Shown: in pieces, positions 17,775 to 28,177 of the stretch
Position numbering within the stretch: position 1 is the stretch's first letter
How the letters are laid out: the number at the start of each line of letters is the position of its first letter
Assembly: GCA_016699875.1 (NCBI GenBank)
Contig: CP064989.1
Span: 392,788 to 456,787 of the forward strand
DNA: 64,000 bases
Direction of reading: 5' to 3'
Source: Candidatus Moraniibacteriota bacterium
Lineage (GTDB): Bacteria; Patescibacteriota; Minisyncoccia; Moranbacterales; UBA1568
Position numbers and translations under genes: made by a program
Notes under the pieces: generated by a model
Databases searched by the model: none
Told to the model about the DNA's origin: nothing
The model's input: the letters and a program-made list of their open reading frames with translations, nothing else

Positions 17775-18599
17775 CTATTTGGACGCTGGCGCCGAAGCTG
17801 ACTCCACCTTGGTCGATTCAAGCGTTTTCCCAATAACACCGAGCAGGAGACGAAGTGATGAAATAGCGTCGTCATTCCCTGGAATAGGATAATCAATGAA
17901 AGAAGGGTCGGCATTGCTGTCAACGATACCAACAAGCGGAATACCGGCGCGACGCGCTTCGCGAATCACAATCGATCCCTCCTTGGCATCGGCGAGAAAC
18001 ACCGCGCCGGGAAGTTCGTTCATATATTTAATGCCGCCCATGCTTTTCTCAAGTTTTTCAAGTTCCTCGGCGATTTTCATCCGCTCAAACTTGGTATACC
18101 CCTTGAAATCTCCGCGATCGAGCTTTTCCTCCGTTTCGCGCAAAAATTTCGTGCGGCTGCGAATAACGGAAAAATTTGTAAACGTCCCGCCAATCCAGCG
18201 ATCAACCACAAAGAAGAGCCCGAGCCGCTTCGCAAATGACCGGACAAGATCATGCGTCTGTTTCTTAGTGCCAACGCAGAGAATAGGTTTGCCGCTCTTC
18301 TTAATTGATGCAAGAAACGCCGCCGCCTCCTCAAGCTTTGTGAGTGTCTTCTTAAGGTCCAGAATATTGAGGTTATTCCTCGTGGTATAAGTGTACGCTT
18401 CCATCTTCGGATGTCGGCGAGACTTCATATGTCCAAAATGGACACCTGCCTTCAGGAGCGACTCGAGCGTTGCATTCACCGTCTCAAAATCAATGTTTGC
18501 AAAATAGTCCGACGTCAGAACATCGGCAGCACTCGCCGACGGAGTCACGGATACTTCTTCTTTCAACGGCATAGCCGTCTTCACTGTCTCATCAGCCAT
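17775..18599 (-). CDS. rpsB: 30S ribosomal protein S2 with an N-terminal extension
   Basis: [38 protein letters not shown]...ILCVGTKKQ...[13 protein letters not shown], conserved S2 blocks. Confidence 0.9.
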   Translation of the reverse strand: MADETVKTAMPLKEEVSVTPSASAADVLTSDYFANIDFETVNATLESLLKAGVHFGHMKSRRHPKMEAYTYTTRNNLNILDLKKTLTKLEEAAAFLASIKKSGKPILCVGTKKQTHDLVRSFAKRLGLFFVVDRWIGGTFTNFSVIRSRTKFLRETEEKLDRGDFKGYTKFERMKIAEELEKLEKSMGGIKYMNELPGAVFLADAKEGSIVIREARRAGIPLVGIVDSNADPSFIDYPIPGNDDAISSLRLLLGVIGKTLESTKVESASAPASK

Positions 18600-18801
18600 A
18601 CGATTCTTCTCAAAAAATTATCCTTGATTCTTCTGCTCCCCTCCGGCAACAAACAACAATTGCGCTAAAGTGACCCCACAAATCCCGCTCGAAAGCGAGA
18701 CTCAGGAAAGGATCTGCGGATGGAAGCATGAATGATCTCTCGTTCCACCGCCAAAAAGAATGCGAAACGAGTCAAAAAGATTCTAGCGGATGACTCCCCT
18801 C

Positions 18802-18830
18802 TTGTCAATTTCCAAGAGGCATGATACACT
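18802..18830 (+). promoter_or_regulatory. Sigma70-like promoter upstream of rpmE (TTGTCA-N17-TACACT)
   Basis: -35 TTGTCA at 18802-18807, 17-nt spacer, -10 TACACT at 18825-18830, about 35 nt upstream of the rpmE ATG. Confidence 0.4.
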
Positions 18831-18865
18831 CGCCAAGAACTGGAATTTGAATCTAAAGAACGTCT

Positions 18866-19168
18866 ATGAAAACCGGAATCCACCCGACCTACACCCGAGA
18901 AGCCATCATCACCTGCGGTTGCGGCGCCACCATCAAAACCGGCTCAACAAGAAGCGAGATCAATATAGACGTCTGCGCCAACTGCCACCCGTTCTATACC
19001 GGCAAAAAGAAGCGTATTGACTCAACCGGTCGCGTGGATCGGTTCGAGAAACTGTCCAAAAAGACCGAGGGACTTAAAACAACCGCACGCCCGAAGCGCG
19101 TAAAACTTGCCGAAAAATCCAAGCGCAAAGCCGAAAAGACCGCCACTGCTTCCAAAAACAAGAAATAG
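18866..19168 (+). CDS. rpmE: 50S ribosomal protein L31 with a Lys-rich C-terminal tail
   Basis: [48 protein letters not shown]; the tail [24 protein letters not shown] is extra. Confidence 0.9.
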   Translation: MKTGIHPTYTREAIITCGCGATIKTGSTRSEINIDVCANCHPFYTGKKKRIDSTGRVDRFEKLSKKTEGLKTTARPKRVKLAEKSKRKAEKTATASKNKK

Positions 19169-19185
19169 TGACATCACTCCCAAGG

Positions 19186-19224
19186 AACGATAGCCCTGTT
19201 TTTTCGAGGGGTATCGTTTTTTGT
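19186..19224 (+). terminator. Rho-independent terminator after rpmE
   Basis: aacgatagccc-tgttttttcga-ggggtatcgtt (11-bp stem, one mismatch) followed by ttttgtttcc. Confidence 0.55.
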
Positions 19225-19341
19225 TTCCCTCCGAATCATCCCTCGCGGTATACTCTAGAGTACAAAGGAGGAACGGAAGACATTCCCCTTCCTGCGATCT
19301 TTCAGAGATTTTTTTTGGAAACATTGCATTAGGAAATTATT

Positions 19342-20430
19342 ATGCACGATCTTATTACAGCTATTCGCAAAGAATTTGAAATTCTCGAGCAGGAACTCTC
19401 CGACCCGAGCATTGTTTCACGACCGGAAAAACTCGCCGAACTCGGCAAACGGCGAACAGAACTTATGGAGATTCTCTCCGCTGCGGAGACGCTTGAAAAA
19501 ACCGAGCGCACGATGCAAGAGAATGCCACAATTATAAATTCGGATACCGACCCCGAAATACAAGCGCTCGCCATGGAGGAGAACACCCTGCTTGCCGCCA
19601 AGAAGCCGCTCGAAGAAGCCACTCTCAAGAGACTCCTCCTCCCAAAAGACCCGCGCAATGCCCGCGACGTCATCGTGGAAATTCGCGCCGGCGCAGGCGG
19701 AGACGAGTCAGCTCTCTTTGCCGGAAGCCTCTTTCGTATGTATGCGCGCTACGCCGAACAGATCGGCTGGAAAACTTCGCTGCTTCATACCAATGAAACC
19801 GGACTGGGAGGCTTCAAGGAGATTGTTTTCGAAATAAGTCACGGGAATGGTCCGGAAGTTTACAAGAGCATGAAATACGAATCCGGCGTACACCGCGTCC
19901 AGCGAATTCCTGAGACCGAAAAATCCGGACGTATCCACACATCAACCGCCACCGTCGCCGTTCTTCCTGAAGCGGAAGAGACGGACCTCGTGATCAATCC
20001 GAATGATCTCCGTATCGACACCTATTGTTCATCCGGACCCGGCGGACAGTCTGTCAATACAACCAAGAGCGCGATTCGCATTACTCATATCCCAACGGGA
20101 CTCGTCGTCACCTGCCAAGACGAAAAGTCTCAACACAAAAACAAAGACAAAGCGCTCACTGTCTTGCGAGCGCGACTCCTCGAAGCGGAAGAAGCGCGAC
20201 AAGAAAAAGAGCTCGGTGACGCACGACGAACCCAAATCGGCACCGGAGACCGGAGCGAGAAGATTCGCACCTATAACTTCCCGCAAGACCGTATTACTGA
20301 TCATCGCATCAAAGAATCCTGGAGCAACATCGAAAATATTCTCGCCGGCGATCTTGAACGCATCCTCTCTCGCCTCGAAGCGGAAGACATGGCGCGACTC
20401 CTCGAAAAAGAATCGTCTGGCGAGAAATAA
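19342..20430 (+). CDS. prfA: Peptide chain release factor 1
   Basis: [23 protein letters not shown] (PxT-type tripeptide region, RF1-like) and [24 protein letters not shown] (GGQ). Confidence 0.92.
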   Translation: MHDLITAIRKEFEILEQELSDPSIVSRPEKLAELGKRRTELMEILSAAETLEKTERTMQENATIINSDTDPEIQALAMEENTLLAAKKPLEEATLKRLLLPKDPRNARDVIVEIRAGAGGDESALFAGSLFRMYARYAEQIGWKTSLLHTNETGLGGFKEIVFEISHGNGPEVYKSMKYESGVHRVQRIPETEKSGRIHTSTATVAVLPEAEETDLVINPNDLRIDTYCSSGPGGQSVNTTKSAIRITHIPTGLVVTCQDEKSQHKNKDKALTVLRARLLEAEEARQEKELGDARRTQIGTGDRSEKIRTYNFPQDRITDHRIKESWSNIENILAGDLERILSRLEAEDMARLLEKESSGEK

Positions 20431-20466
20431 GTCCGTCGCAAAAACACTTGACTCCCACATATCACC

Positions 20467-21390
20467 ATGTCCTCGACTGTTCAATCACTTCTTTGCGAAG
20501 CGGAAACACGTATTCCGCGATTCGAGGCGGAGCTCTTGCTCGCACACACACTCAAGAAAAACCGGTCGTTCGTCATCGCACATCCGGAATATTCCACGAC
20601 TCAAGAAGAAAGATACCAATTCGATGCGTTTGTCACTCGAAGAACCGAACATGAACCGGTCGCGTTTCTCGTTGGACGCAAAGAATTCTACGGGCGAGAA
20701 TTTCTCGTAAATGAGCACACACTCATCCCGCGTCCCGAAACGGAACTTTTGGTAGAGAAAATACTGGAACACATATCAAACATTGAAAACGGATCGCAAG
20801 CACCCCGATTGGAAAATCGCTCGATAGTTATTATCGATATCGGAACCGGATCGGGAAATATCATCACTACGATCGCAACAGAACTCTCATCGCGCGAAAA
20901 TCACGAAAAACATTTCTCATTCATCGGAACAGACATTTCAAAAGATGCTCTCGACATTGCAAAAAAAAATTCCGAAAAATTATCAGTATCGGACAAGATT
21001 CGATTCATTCAATCCGACCTTCTTGAAAATATTCCGAAAGAATTTTCTTCCCGCGCACAGGAAAGCATCATCGCAGCCAATCTTCCATACCTCTCCACAG
21101 AAGAATTTTCCAACGCGCCAATTGATGTAAAGCATTTCGAGCCAAGATCCGCGCTCGAAAGCGGCACAGACGGATTCGATCATTACCGAAGACTCCTCGA
21201 AGAGCTGCGAAAAAATTTTCAGCGACAAAAACGAAATTCCAAGACCACGCTCTTCTTCGAAATCAGCCCGTCACAAAAATCGCAGATATCATCGCTTATA
21301 CAAGCCATATTCCCAAGAGCAAACAGCGAAATCTTCCGAGACCTCGCACAAAAGTACCGTCTCGTAAAAATCTCCATCGACCGGATATAA
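20467..21390 (+). CDS. prmC: Release factor glutamine N5-methyltransferase PrmC/HemK
   Basis: IIDIGTGSGNI (SAM motif I) and IIAANLPYLS (NPPY-type motif, NLPY variant); immediately downstream of prfA. Confidence 0.85.
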   Translation: MSSTVQSLLCEAETRIPRFEAELLLAHTLKKNRSFVIAHPEYSTTQEERYQFDAFVTRRTEHEPVAFLVGRKEFYGREFLVNEHTLIPRPETELLVEKILEHISNIENGSQAPRLENRSIVIIDIGTGSGNIITTIATELSSRENHEKHFSFIGTDISKDALDIAKKNSEKLSVSDKIRFIQSDLLENIPKEFSSRAQESIIAANLPYLSTEEFSNAPIDVKHFEPRSALESGTDGFDHYRRLLEELRKNFQRQKRNSKTTLFFEISPSQKSQISSLIQAIFPRANSEIFRDLAQKYRLVKISIDRI

Positions 21391-21475
21391 AAGTTAGCGC
21401 AAAGATATTGAAGAAACAAAAACAACAACGCCCCGAAAAACCGGGACGTCGTTTACCAACGAAGAAAAGACGAAA

Positions 21476-21565
21476 CTACTTCTTCTTTTTCTTGGTTGCC
21501 TTTTTCTTTGTTGTTTTCTTGGCCGCCTTCTTTACTGTTTTCTTGGCCTTCTTTTTTGCTGCCAT
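21476..21565 (-). CDS. 29-aa Lys/Ala/Thr-rich micro-protein (MAAKKKAKKTVKKAAKKTTKKKATKKKKK)
   Basis: Not in the six-frame list (shorter than 60 aa). ATG at 21565 is preceded by GGAGGTG with a 6-nt spacer; upstream TTGTGT-N17-TATATT promoter-like element. The plus-strand 75-aa Phe-rich ORF 21408-21635 is its antisense mirror. Confidence 0.5.
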   Translation of the reverse strand: MAAKKKAKKTVKKAAKKTTKKKATKKKKK

Positions 21566-21623
21566 GTATACCACCTCCTTCTATTTTATTTTTCTTTTTT
21601 CGAGAAAAAACTTCTCTGCGATA

Positions 21624-21652
21624 AATATACACTAATTTTTTTTGCAACACAA
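21624..21652 (-). promoter_or_regulatory. Sigma70-like promoter for the Lys-rich micro-ORF (TTGTGT-N17-TATATT)
   Basis: Minus-strand -35 at 21647-21652 and -10 at 21624-21629. Confidence 0.35.
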
Positions 21653-21893
21653 ATTTTTTCGGAAAAAATTTCACAAAATATTTCGAATAATAAAAACCAT
21701 GTCAATACTCTCATCAAAAAAATACTTCGATCTTCTTCAAGAAGAAACAGATTCGTTCAAAAAATATGAAATATCTACAAACACGACCTCTTCCCGAGAC
21801 AAAACCCTTGGTATATGCTAAAAAGTGAGAATAATGCCCACAAGAAATCTATACTCAAGGAAGCGGAGGAATAATAACAGCACTATCCGGACT

Positions 21894-23324
21894 ATGATCA
21901 CCTTCTACAACACGCTCGCGAAGAAAAAAGAAATTTTTGAACCGCTCCATGCCGGAAAAGTCGGCATGTATACCTGCGGACCGACCGTATACGGGAAAGT
22001 ACATATCGGCAATATCAGATCCTACCTCACGGCAGACACGGCACGTCGACTGCTCGAACACGACGGATACGAAGTGCGCCATATCAAGAACATCACCGAT
22101 GTCGGACACTTAACCGAAGATGACACCGCGCAAGGCGACAGCGGCGAAGATAAAATCGCCAAAAAGGCGCTTGCCGAAAAAAAGACAGCGGAAGAAATCG
22201 CGCGGTTCTACGAACAGTACTTCCGGGAAACAGAGAAAAAAATGAACATTCTCCCCGCACATTTCTCCCCTCGAGCGACCGCGCACATTCCGCAGATGAT
22301 CACACTGATTGAAACATTGATCGAAAGACATCACGCCTACGAGGCGAACGGCAATGTTTTCTTGGATGTCACTTCATTTGCAAACTACGGACATCTCTCC
22401 GGCAACACACTCGACAAACTCAAAGTCGGCGCGCGCCTCGAGGAACACCCGGATAAAAAGCATCCGTGGGATTTTGCCCTCTGGCTAAAAGCTCCGGAAA
22501 ATCACCTCATGCACTGGCCGTCACCCTGGAGTGAAGGCTATCCCGGCTGGCACATCGAGTGCTCAACCATGAGTATGGAATACCTCGGAGAGCAATTTGA
22601 TATCCATACGGGCGGCGAAGACAATATCTTCCCCCATCATGAGGCAGAAATCGCCCAATCCGAATGCGCCACCGGACGCGTGCCCTTCTCACGCTACTGG
22701 ATACACTCGCGCCATCTCCTCGTCGACCACGAAAAAATGTCGAAATCCAAAGGAAACCTGTACACATTAGAAGACATCGAGGACAAAAACTTCTCTCCCG
22801 CAGACCTTCGCTTGGCGCTCCTCTCATCACACTACCGTTCACAGATGAATTTCTCATGGAGTGCTCTGGAACAGGCTCGTATCAACAAGAAAACATTTGA
22901 GTCATTTCGAGATCGTCTCAGTATCGTTCCCGAAAAACACGTGGGCTCGAAAAACTTTGACAGCGCCTTCTATAGAGAGAAGTTTCTCGAGGCACTGCGA
23001 GATGATCTCAATACGCCCGAAGCACTCGCGGTCCTTCTTGCCTTCATTCGCGAAGGAAACAAAGCTCTGGACACAGAGGCAATCACAAATATTGAAGATG
23101 TGCGAAAAACATTTCTTGAATGTCTCGACCTTCTCGGTCTCATCCTTGAAGAATCAGGGTCCATTCCGACAGAGATACGCCACCTCGCCGAAGCGCGACA
23201 GAAAGCTCGCGAAGAAAAAAATTTCCCCGAAGCCGACCGACTCCGGGGAGAAATAGAACGCGCAGGCTTCACCGTGGAAGACACGGCAAACGGATTTGAG
23301 TTAAAGGTACAAAAAAATAGATAG
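21894..23324 (+). CDS. cysS: Cysteinyl-tRNA synthetase
   Basis: [17 protein letters not shown]...[19 protein letters not shown] (HIGH) ... KMSKSKGN. Preferred start is ATG 21894; the six-frame start at 21825 is a GTG. Confidence 0.92.
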   Translation: MITFYNTLAKKKEIFEPLHAGKVGMYTCGPTVYGKVHIGNIRSYLTADTARRLLEHDGYEVRHIKNITDVGHLTEDDTAQGDSGEDKIAKKALAEKKTAEEIARFYEQYFRETEKKMNILPAHFSPRATAHIPQMITLIETLIERHHAYEANGNVFLDVTSFANYGHLSGNTLDKLKVGARLEEHPDKKHPWDFALWLKAPENHLMHWPSPWSEGYPGWHIECSTMSMEYLGEQFDIHTGGEDNIFPHHEAEIAQSECATGRVPFSRYWIHSRHLLVDHEKMSKSKGNLYTLEDIEDKNFSPADLRLALLSSHYRSQMNFSWSALEQARINKKTFESFRDRLSIVPEKHVGSKNFDSAFYREKFLEALRDDLNTPEALAVLLAFIREGNKALDTEAITNIEDVRKTFLECLDLLGLILEESGSIPTEIRHLAEARQKAREEKNFPEADRLRGEIERAGFTVEDTANGFELKVQKNR

Positions 23325-23750
23325 ACACTTCAAAGAAGACTTTCAGCGGCTGCCCTCCCAGCCTTTTATCCGCGAGCCTTTGCAAATCGAGGAGCGAGTC
23401 GTCTTCTCTTTTTGTTCTGATTCCTTGCTTTTCCTCGCTTCTTTCTGGACTGCGACCAACCAAGATATTTGCCACCGCGAGATCGCTGGTCGTTTTCTCG
23501 ATCACACTTCCACTGACCAAAAACCACGCCAATAAAGAACATCTGCAACAGACACTCTTGCTGGTTCATTGAAGTACTCCTATATAAACAGGAAAGAAAT
23601 CAGCACTGTTTAATAATAAGGAACAAGAAGCATGAAAAGTGTTTCTGAAATTCATGAAACTAAAAATGCTCAACCCTGTCAAGACTGCCATTTACCAGTG
23701 TTTTCACCTACAATAGAGGGACATATCGAAAAGAAATCTTTTGTCGTATT

Positions 23751-25118
23751 ATGCCCCGCCACAGATCTTCCGCAGATACCCTCCGCATACCGCCTCACTC
23801 AGAAGAAGCGGAGCAATCGGTCTTGGGTTCGCTCATGCTCGACAAGAGCGCCATCACCAAGATTGCCGATATCCTCAAAACAGGCGATTTCTACCGCGAT
23901 ATCCACAACCTGATCTACGAGGCAATGGTTGAGCTCTACGAAGCGAGCGAGCCGATCGATGTGCTCTCCGTCGCCAACCGCCTCGAAGAGAAAGGCCAGA
24001 TAGATACCGTCGGTGGTCCAACCGCACTGGCAACACTTGTCAACAGTGTCCCGAGCGCCTCAAATGTCGCCCACTACGCCAAACTCGTCCAACGAAAAGC
24101 AACACTCCGCCGCCTCATCGCCGCCGGGAGCGATATCGCCGAAATGGGCTACGACGAAAGCGAGGATGTCGAAAAACAGCTCGACGAAGCCGAACAAAGA
24201 CTCTTCAAGGTCTCGCAAAAGTTCGTTAAACAGGATTTCGTTCCCATCAAGCCCATTCTCGAACACGCCTTCGAACGCATCGACCAGCTCCACAAAAGCG
24301 ATCATGCTTTCCGTGGCGTCCCGACAGGATTTCCCGATCTCGACGGGCTCCTCTCGGGGCTCCAGAAATCCGACCTTATCATCCTCGCCGCACGCCCCTC
24401 CATCGGGAAGACCACTTTCGCTCTCGATATCGCACGCCAGGTCGGCGTCTATGCCAAGATTCCTGTCGGCATATTCTCCCTCGAAATGGGTTCGGATCAG
24501 CTCGTCGATCGTATGATCGCCGCTCATTCCAATGTCGATCTCTGGCGCCTCCGAACCGGCAAGCTCCAAGATAACGACTTCCGATTGATCGGCGACGCCA
24601 TCGGTGCCCTCAGCGAAACACCCATCTTCATCGATGACACCGGCTCGGTTAATATCATGGAAATGCGCACCATGGCACGTCGCCTCCAAGCGGAGCATAA
24701 ACTCGGACTCATCATTATCGACTATCTCCAGCTCATGGAAGGTCGCGGCGGACGAGGGGGCGACAATCGCGTTCAAGAAATTTCCGAAATATCCCGCGGA
24801 CTCAAACAACTTGCTCGAGAACTCAATATCCCCGTACTTGCCCTCTCGCAGCTCTCACGCGCCGTCGAGTCACGCCCGGACCAAGTGCCGAAACTCTCCG
24901 ACTTGCGCGAATCAGGCTCTATCGAACAAGACGCCGATGTCGTCATGTTCCTCTATCGCGAAGACCGCGCCAAGCCGGACACGCCGAATAAAAACATCGT
25001 CGACGTCATTGTCGCCAAACACCGTAATGGTCCCGTTGGTCGCGTCCAGCTCTACTTCCACGAAACCGCTGCCACCTTCAAATCGCTGGAGCGTTTTCAT
25101 GCGGAAGAACAGCGATAA
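23751..25118 (+). CDS. dnaB: Replicative DNA helicase DnaB
   Basis: PPHSEEAEQSVLGSLMLD N-domain; Walker A ARPSIGKTTFALDIA; RecA-like fold motifs through ...VIVAKHRNGPVG. Confidence 0.92.
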   Translation: MPRHRSSADTLRIPPHSEEAEQSVLGSLMLDKSAITKIADILKTGDFYRDIHNLIYEAMVELYEASEPIDVLSVANRLEEKGQIDTVGGPTALATLVNSVPSASNVAHYAKLVQRKATLRRLIAAGSDIAEMGYDESEDVEKQLDEAEQRLFKVSQKFVKQDFVPIKPILEHAFERIDQLHKSDHAFRGVPTGFPDLDGLLSGLQKSDLIILAARPSIGKTTFALDIARQVGVYAKIPVGIFSLEMGSDQLVDRMIAAHSNVDLWRLRTGKLQDNDFRLIGDAIGALSETPIFIDDTGSVNIMEMRTMARRLQAEHKLGLIIIDYLQLMEGRGGRGGDNRVQEISEISRGLKQLARELNIPVLALSQLSRAVESRPDQVPKLSDLRESGSIEQDADVVMFLYREDRAKPDTPNKNIVDVIVAKHRNGPVGRVQLYFHETAATFKSLERFHAEEQR

Positions 25119-25200
25119 CTTTCAAATCTCAAATGATACAACAGCCCAAAGTCCAAAAAATCTTGAAACTTGAAGTGTATCATTTGAAATTCTGTCTCTC

Positions 25201-25797
25201 ATGTACCCGAAAACATTCAAAAAACTCATCGAGCATTTCTCGTCACTTCCGTCCGTAGGACCGAAAATGGCAGAGCGGCTCACGCTCCATCTCTTCAAGC
25301 AGTCCGAAGAAACTCTCAACGATTTCGCCGAAACACTCCGCACTCTTACTGAACTGCAAACGTGTTCGCAGTGTTTTCACATTGCCGAAGGCGATCTCTG
25401 CGGTATTTGCAACGACACCAATCGAGACGATTCGATGCTCTGCGTCGTCGAAGAACCCATGGATGTGATCGCTATCGAGCGAACCAATCACTATACCGGT
25501 CGCTATCACGTCCTCGGCGGAACACTCGATGTCTCTCCGAAGAAACAATCGGAACATACTCTGCGCATTGCCGAATTGCTCCAGCGTATCGAACACGAAT
25601 CGATCCGAGAAGTCATCCTCGCCACCAACCCCACCACGGAGGGCGACTTAACCGCGCTCTATTTGAGCCGAAAGCTCGCCCCCTTCCGTATAAAGATAAC
25701 CCGCCTCGGTCGCGGACTCTCTACCGGCGGCGACATCGAATACGCCGACGAATTCACTCTCTCATCCGCACTTACCCACAGAAGAGAGTTGGTATAA
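25201..25797 (+). CDS. recR: Recombination protein RecR
   Basis: LPSVGPKMAERL (HhH), CSQCFHIAEGDLCGICND (C4 zinc finger), Toprim region. Confidence 0.9.
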   Translation: MYPKTFKKLIEHFSSLPSVGPKMAERLTLHLFKQSEETLNDFAETLRTLTELQTCSQCFHIAEGDLCGICNDTNRDDSMLCVVEEPMDVIAIERTNHYTGRYHVLGGTLDVSPKKQSEHTLRIAELLQRIEHESIREVILATNPTTEGDLTALYLSRKLAPFRIKITRLGRGLSTGGDIEYADEFTLSSALTHRRELV

Positions 25798-25822
25798 TGC
25801 AAGTCAACGGAGATCTCGTCGC

Positions 25823-28168
25823 CTATTCTGTTGCACGACTCCATGAAGCAAAGGCGATAAAAGCCGCCGTAAAGACAAAAGTCATAACAAACGGAGCAAC
25901 TGCCGAAAGATAATTCTTCTTTCCCGGACGGAAAAAACGAAGAAGAAGCGAATTGCCAACTACCGACACCGAACTCATCGCCATCGCAAGTCCGGCAAGC
26001 TCCGGCTTCAGCACCAGTCCGAATGCAACAAATGCTCGCGCCGCAATCGGAATACCGATCACATTGTAAAAAAGCGCGAAGAACATATTCTGTTTTATCT
26101 TCGAAAAGGTTTCTCGTGAAAGCTCAAGAGCTGTCACCACATCCATAAGGTCGCTCTTCATAAGAACAATGTCTCCCGTCTCCATCGCAACATCCGTTCC
26201 ACTCCCCAGAGCAATGCCGACATTCGCCTGCGCCAGAGCCGGTGCATCATTGATGCCGTCTCCAACGAATGCAACGCTGTTCCCTCTCGCTTGAATTTTT
26301 TTCACTTCGTCCGCTTTCGCATCCGGAAGCACGTCAGCCAACACATGCGTTATGCCAACCTGCTGAGCGATAGCCCGTGCCGTCCGCATATTATCGCCAG
26401 TAATCATCCACACTTCGATACCTCGCCGTTTCAACTTCCCAATCGCTCGGCGCGAAGAATCTTTAACCGTATCCGCAACAGCAATCATGCCGAGAATTAC
26501 TTCTCGAGTCGCCAGCATCATCGCCGTTTTCCCTGATTCCTCCAGGGACAACAATGCCTGTTCCGCCGATGACGCATCCAGTCCCAGTGTTTCCGTTATC
26601 AGTCTTCTATTGCCAAAAAAGTACTCCGTGCCATTTACCGTACCTTGCACGCCGTGTCCCGGCACGGCCAGAAAATTCTGTGTGTTTTCCAAAACAATCG
26701 ACCGTATATTCGCATGAGAGCAAATTGCTTCCGCAAGCGAATGTTCCGAGAGTTTTTCAAGACTCGCCGCCTTGAGAAGAATATCTTCTTCACTCATCCT
26801 CCCGAATGAAACGATATCCGTCACTTCCGGCTTTCCCTTGGTAATCGTCCCCGTCTTATCAAAGACCACTGCCGATATCCCGCTTGCCGCCTCGAGCGCC
26901 TCGCCGCCTTTGACCAGTATCCCATACTCGGCGCCTTTCCCCGTTCCCGCCATAAGAGATGTTGGTGTCGCAAGTCCGAGAGCACACGGGCACGCAATCA
27001 CAATCACTGATATGAACGCCATCAGAGAAAAAGAGAGGGTCACACCGAACACAAAGTACCACACGAAAAACGTGAGAAGCGCTATCCCGATAACTATCGG
27101 CACAAACCACGCCGACACCGTATCGGCAAAATTTTGTATGGGAGCCTTCGATCCCTGTGCTTCCTCGATAAGCCGGATGATCTGTGCCAGCACCGTTTCA
27201 CTCCCCACCTTCGTTGCTTCGAATTCGAAACTTCCCGTTTTATTCAGCGTCGCACCAGTCACCGGATCACCGATATTCTTCTCAATCGGAAGACTCTCCC
27301 CGGTAATCATGGATTCATCCACCGACGAACTCCCCATGCGAATCACGCCGTCAACCGGAATCCTCTCTCCCGGACGAACCAGAATCATATCGCCATGCAC
27401 AACATCCTCAATCGGGATATCAATCGATTGTCCATTGCGAATCACGCGCGCTGTCCTAGCTTGAAGTCCCATCAGCTTTTTGATCGCATCGGATGTTTTC
27501 CCCTTCGTTCGCATCTCCAACCACTTCCCAAGAAGGACAAATGTGACCAGATAAGCTGCCGTTTCAAAGTAGAGATGCGGAATTTTCTCGCCATGAACAC
27601 CAATGATCGAACCATTCGTCCACGCATAGTCAGCATAACCGTACACACTGTACAGAAACGCCGTTGATGTACCGATCGCGATCAAACTGTCCATGTTGAA
27701 CGTTCGCACCTTGAGTGCCGACCAAAATCCCCGATAAAATCCCTTCCCGAGAATAAACTGGATCGGCATTGTCAAAAGAAGCGAAAATATTCCGACATAC
27801 GGCGCCACCCATCTGCTTCCCGAGGAATCCGGGAAAAAATCCGCGAGCATAAAAAGGAACATCGGAAAACTCAACACGAAGCTCCAGACAAACGCACGGA
27901 AATACGATGTGATCTCCCGTTCGCGCTTTTTCTGTTCGGATTGAGTATCGCCCGATCGCACTTCTTCCGCTCGGTATCCGGCGCGCGACACAGAGTCAAT
28001 CAAATTTTCCACAGATGCATTTGTCTCATCAAATGTCACCAGTGCCTTCTCGGCGGCAAAATTCACGTTCGCATTCGTCACTCCCACCGTTTTCTTGAGC
28101 GAATTCTCAATAAGCCGGGCACACGAAGAACAGTGCATACCGGAAAGAGAAAGAGAAATTTTTTTCAT
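25823..28168 (-). CDS. copA: Copper-translocating P1B-type ATPase
   Basis: N-terminal [15 protein letters not shown]; CPC ([13 protein letters not shown]); DKTGTIT phosphorylation site; [10 protein letters not shown]; 8 TM pattern. Confidence 0.92.
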   Translation of the reverse strand: MKKISLSLSGMHCSSCARLIENSLKKTVGVTNANVNFAAEKALVTFDETNASVENLIDSVSRAGYRAEEVRSGDTQSEQKKREREITSYFRAFVWSFVLSFPMFLFMLADFFPDSSGSRWVAPYVGIFSLLLTMPIQFILGKGFYRGFWSALKVRTFNMDSLIAIGTSTAFLYSVYGYADYAWTNGSIIGVHGEKIPHLYFETAAYLVTFVLLGKWLEMRTKGKTSDAIKKLMGLQARTARVIRNGQSIDIPIEDVVHGDMILVRPGERIPVDGVIRMGSSSVDESMITGESLPIEKNIGDPVTGATLNKTGSFEFEATKVGSETVLAQIIRLIEEAQGSKAPIQNFADTVSAWFVPIVIGIALLTFFVWYFVFGVTLSFSLMAFISVIVIACPCALGLATPTSLMAGTGKGAEYGILVKGGEALEAASGISAVVFDKTGTITKGKPEVTDIVSFGRMSEEDILLKAASLEKLSEHSLAEAICSHANIRSIVLENTQNFLAVPGHGVQGTVNGTEYFFGNRRLITETLGLDASSAEQALLSLEESGKTAMMLATREVILGMIAVADTVKDSSRRAIGKLKRRGIEVWMITGDNMRTARAIAQQVGITHVLADVLPDAKADEVKKIQARGNSVAFVGDGINDAPALAQANVGIALGSGTDVAMETGDIVLMKSDLMDVVTALELSRETFSKIKQNMFFALFYNVIGIPIAARAFVAFGLVLKPELAGLAMAMSSVSVVGNSLLLRFFRPGKKNYLSAVAPFVMTFVFTAAFIAFASWSRATE

Positions 28169-28177
28169 AGAAGAACA

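Noticed and set aside
20003-20710. 235-aa plus-strand ORF overlapping prfA and prmC
   Set aside because: Out-of-frame overlap with RF1 (GGQ, PxT region) and PrmC. Ser/Arg/Lys-rich, no motifs.
21480-21560. Short tandem repeats (ttctt / tttctt periodicity) that might be taken for a CRISPR or satellite array
   Set aside because: The periodicity is 3-6 nt codon repetition (AAG/AAA Lys codons on the minus strand), not 25-40-nt repeats with unique spacers. No CRISPR-like array occurs anywhere in the window.
21408-21635. 75-aa Phe-rich ORF (MKKQKQQRPEKPGRR...FFFFLVAFFF)
   Set aside because: Its poly-Phe/Leu stretch is the complement of the poly-Lys codons of the 29-aa micro-ORF, which has a strong SD and promoter. 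The plus-strand ORF has neither.
23632-23913. 93-aa plus-strand ORF overlapping the dnaB start
   Set aside because: It runs in a different frame across the first 160 nt of dnaB, whose N-terminal EAEQSVLGSLMLD motif fixes the dnaB frame and start at 23751. The ORF has no SD.
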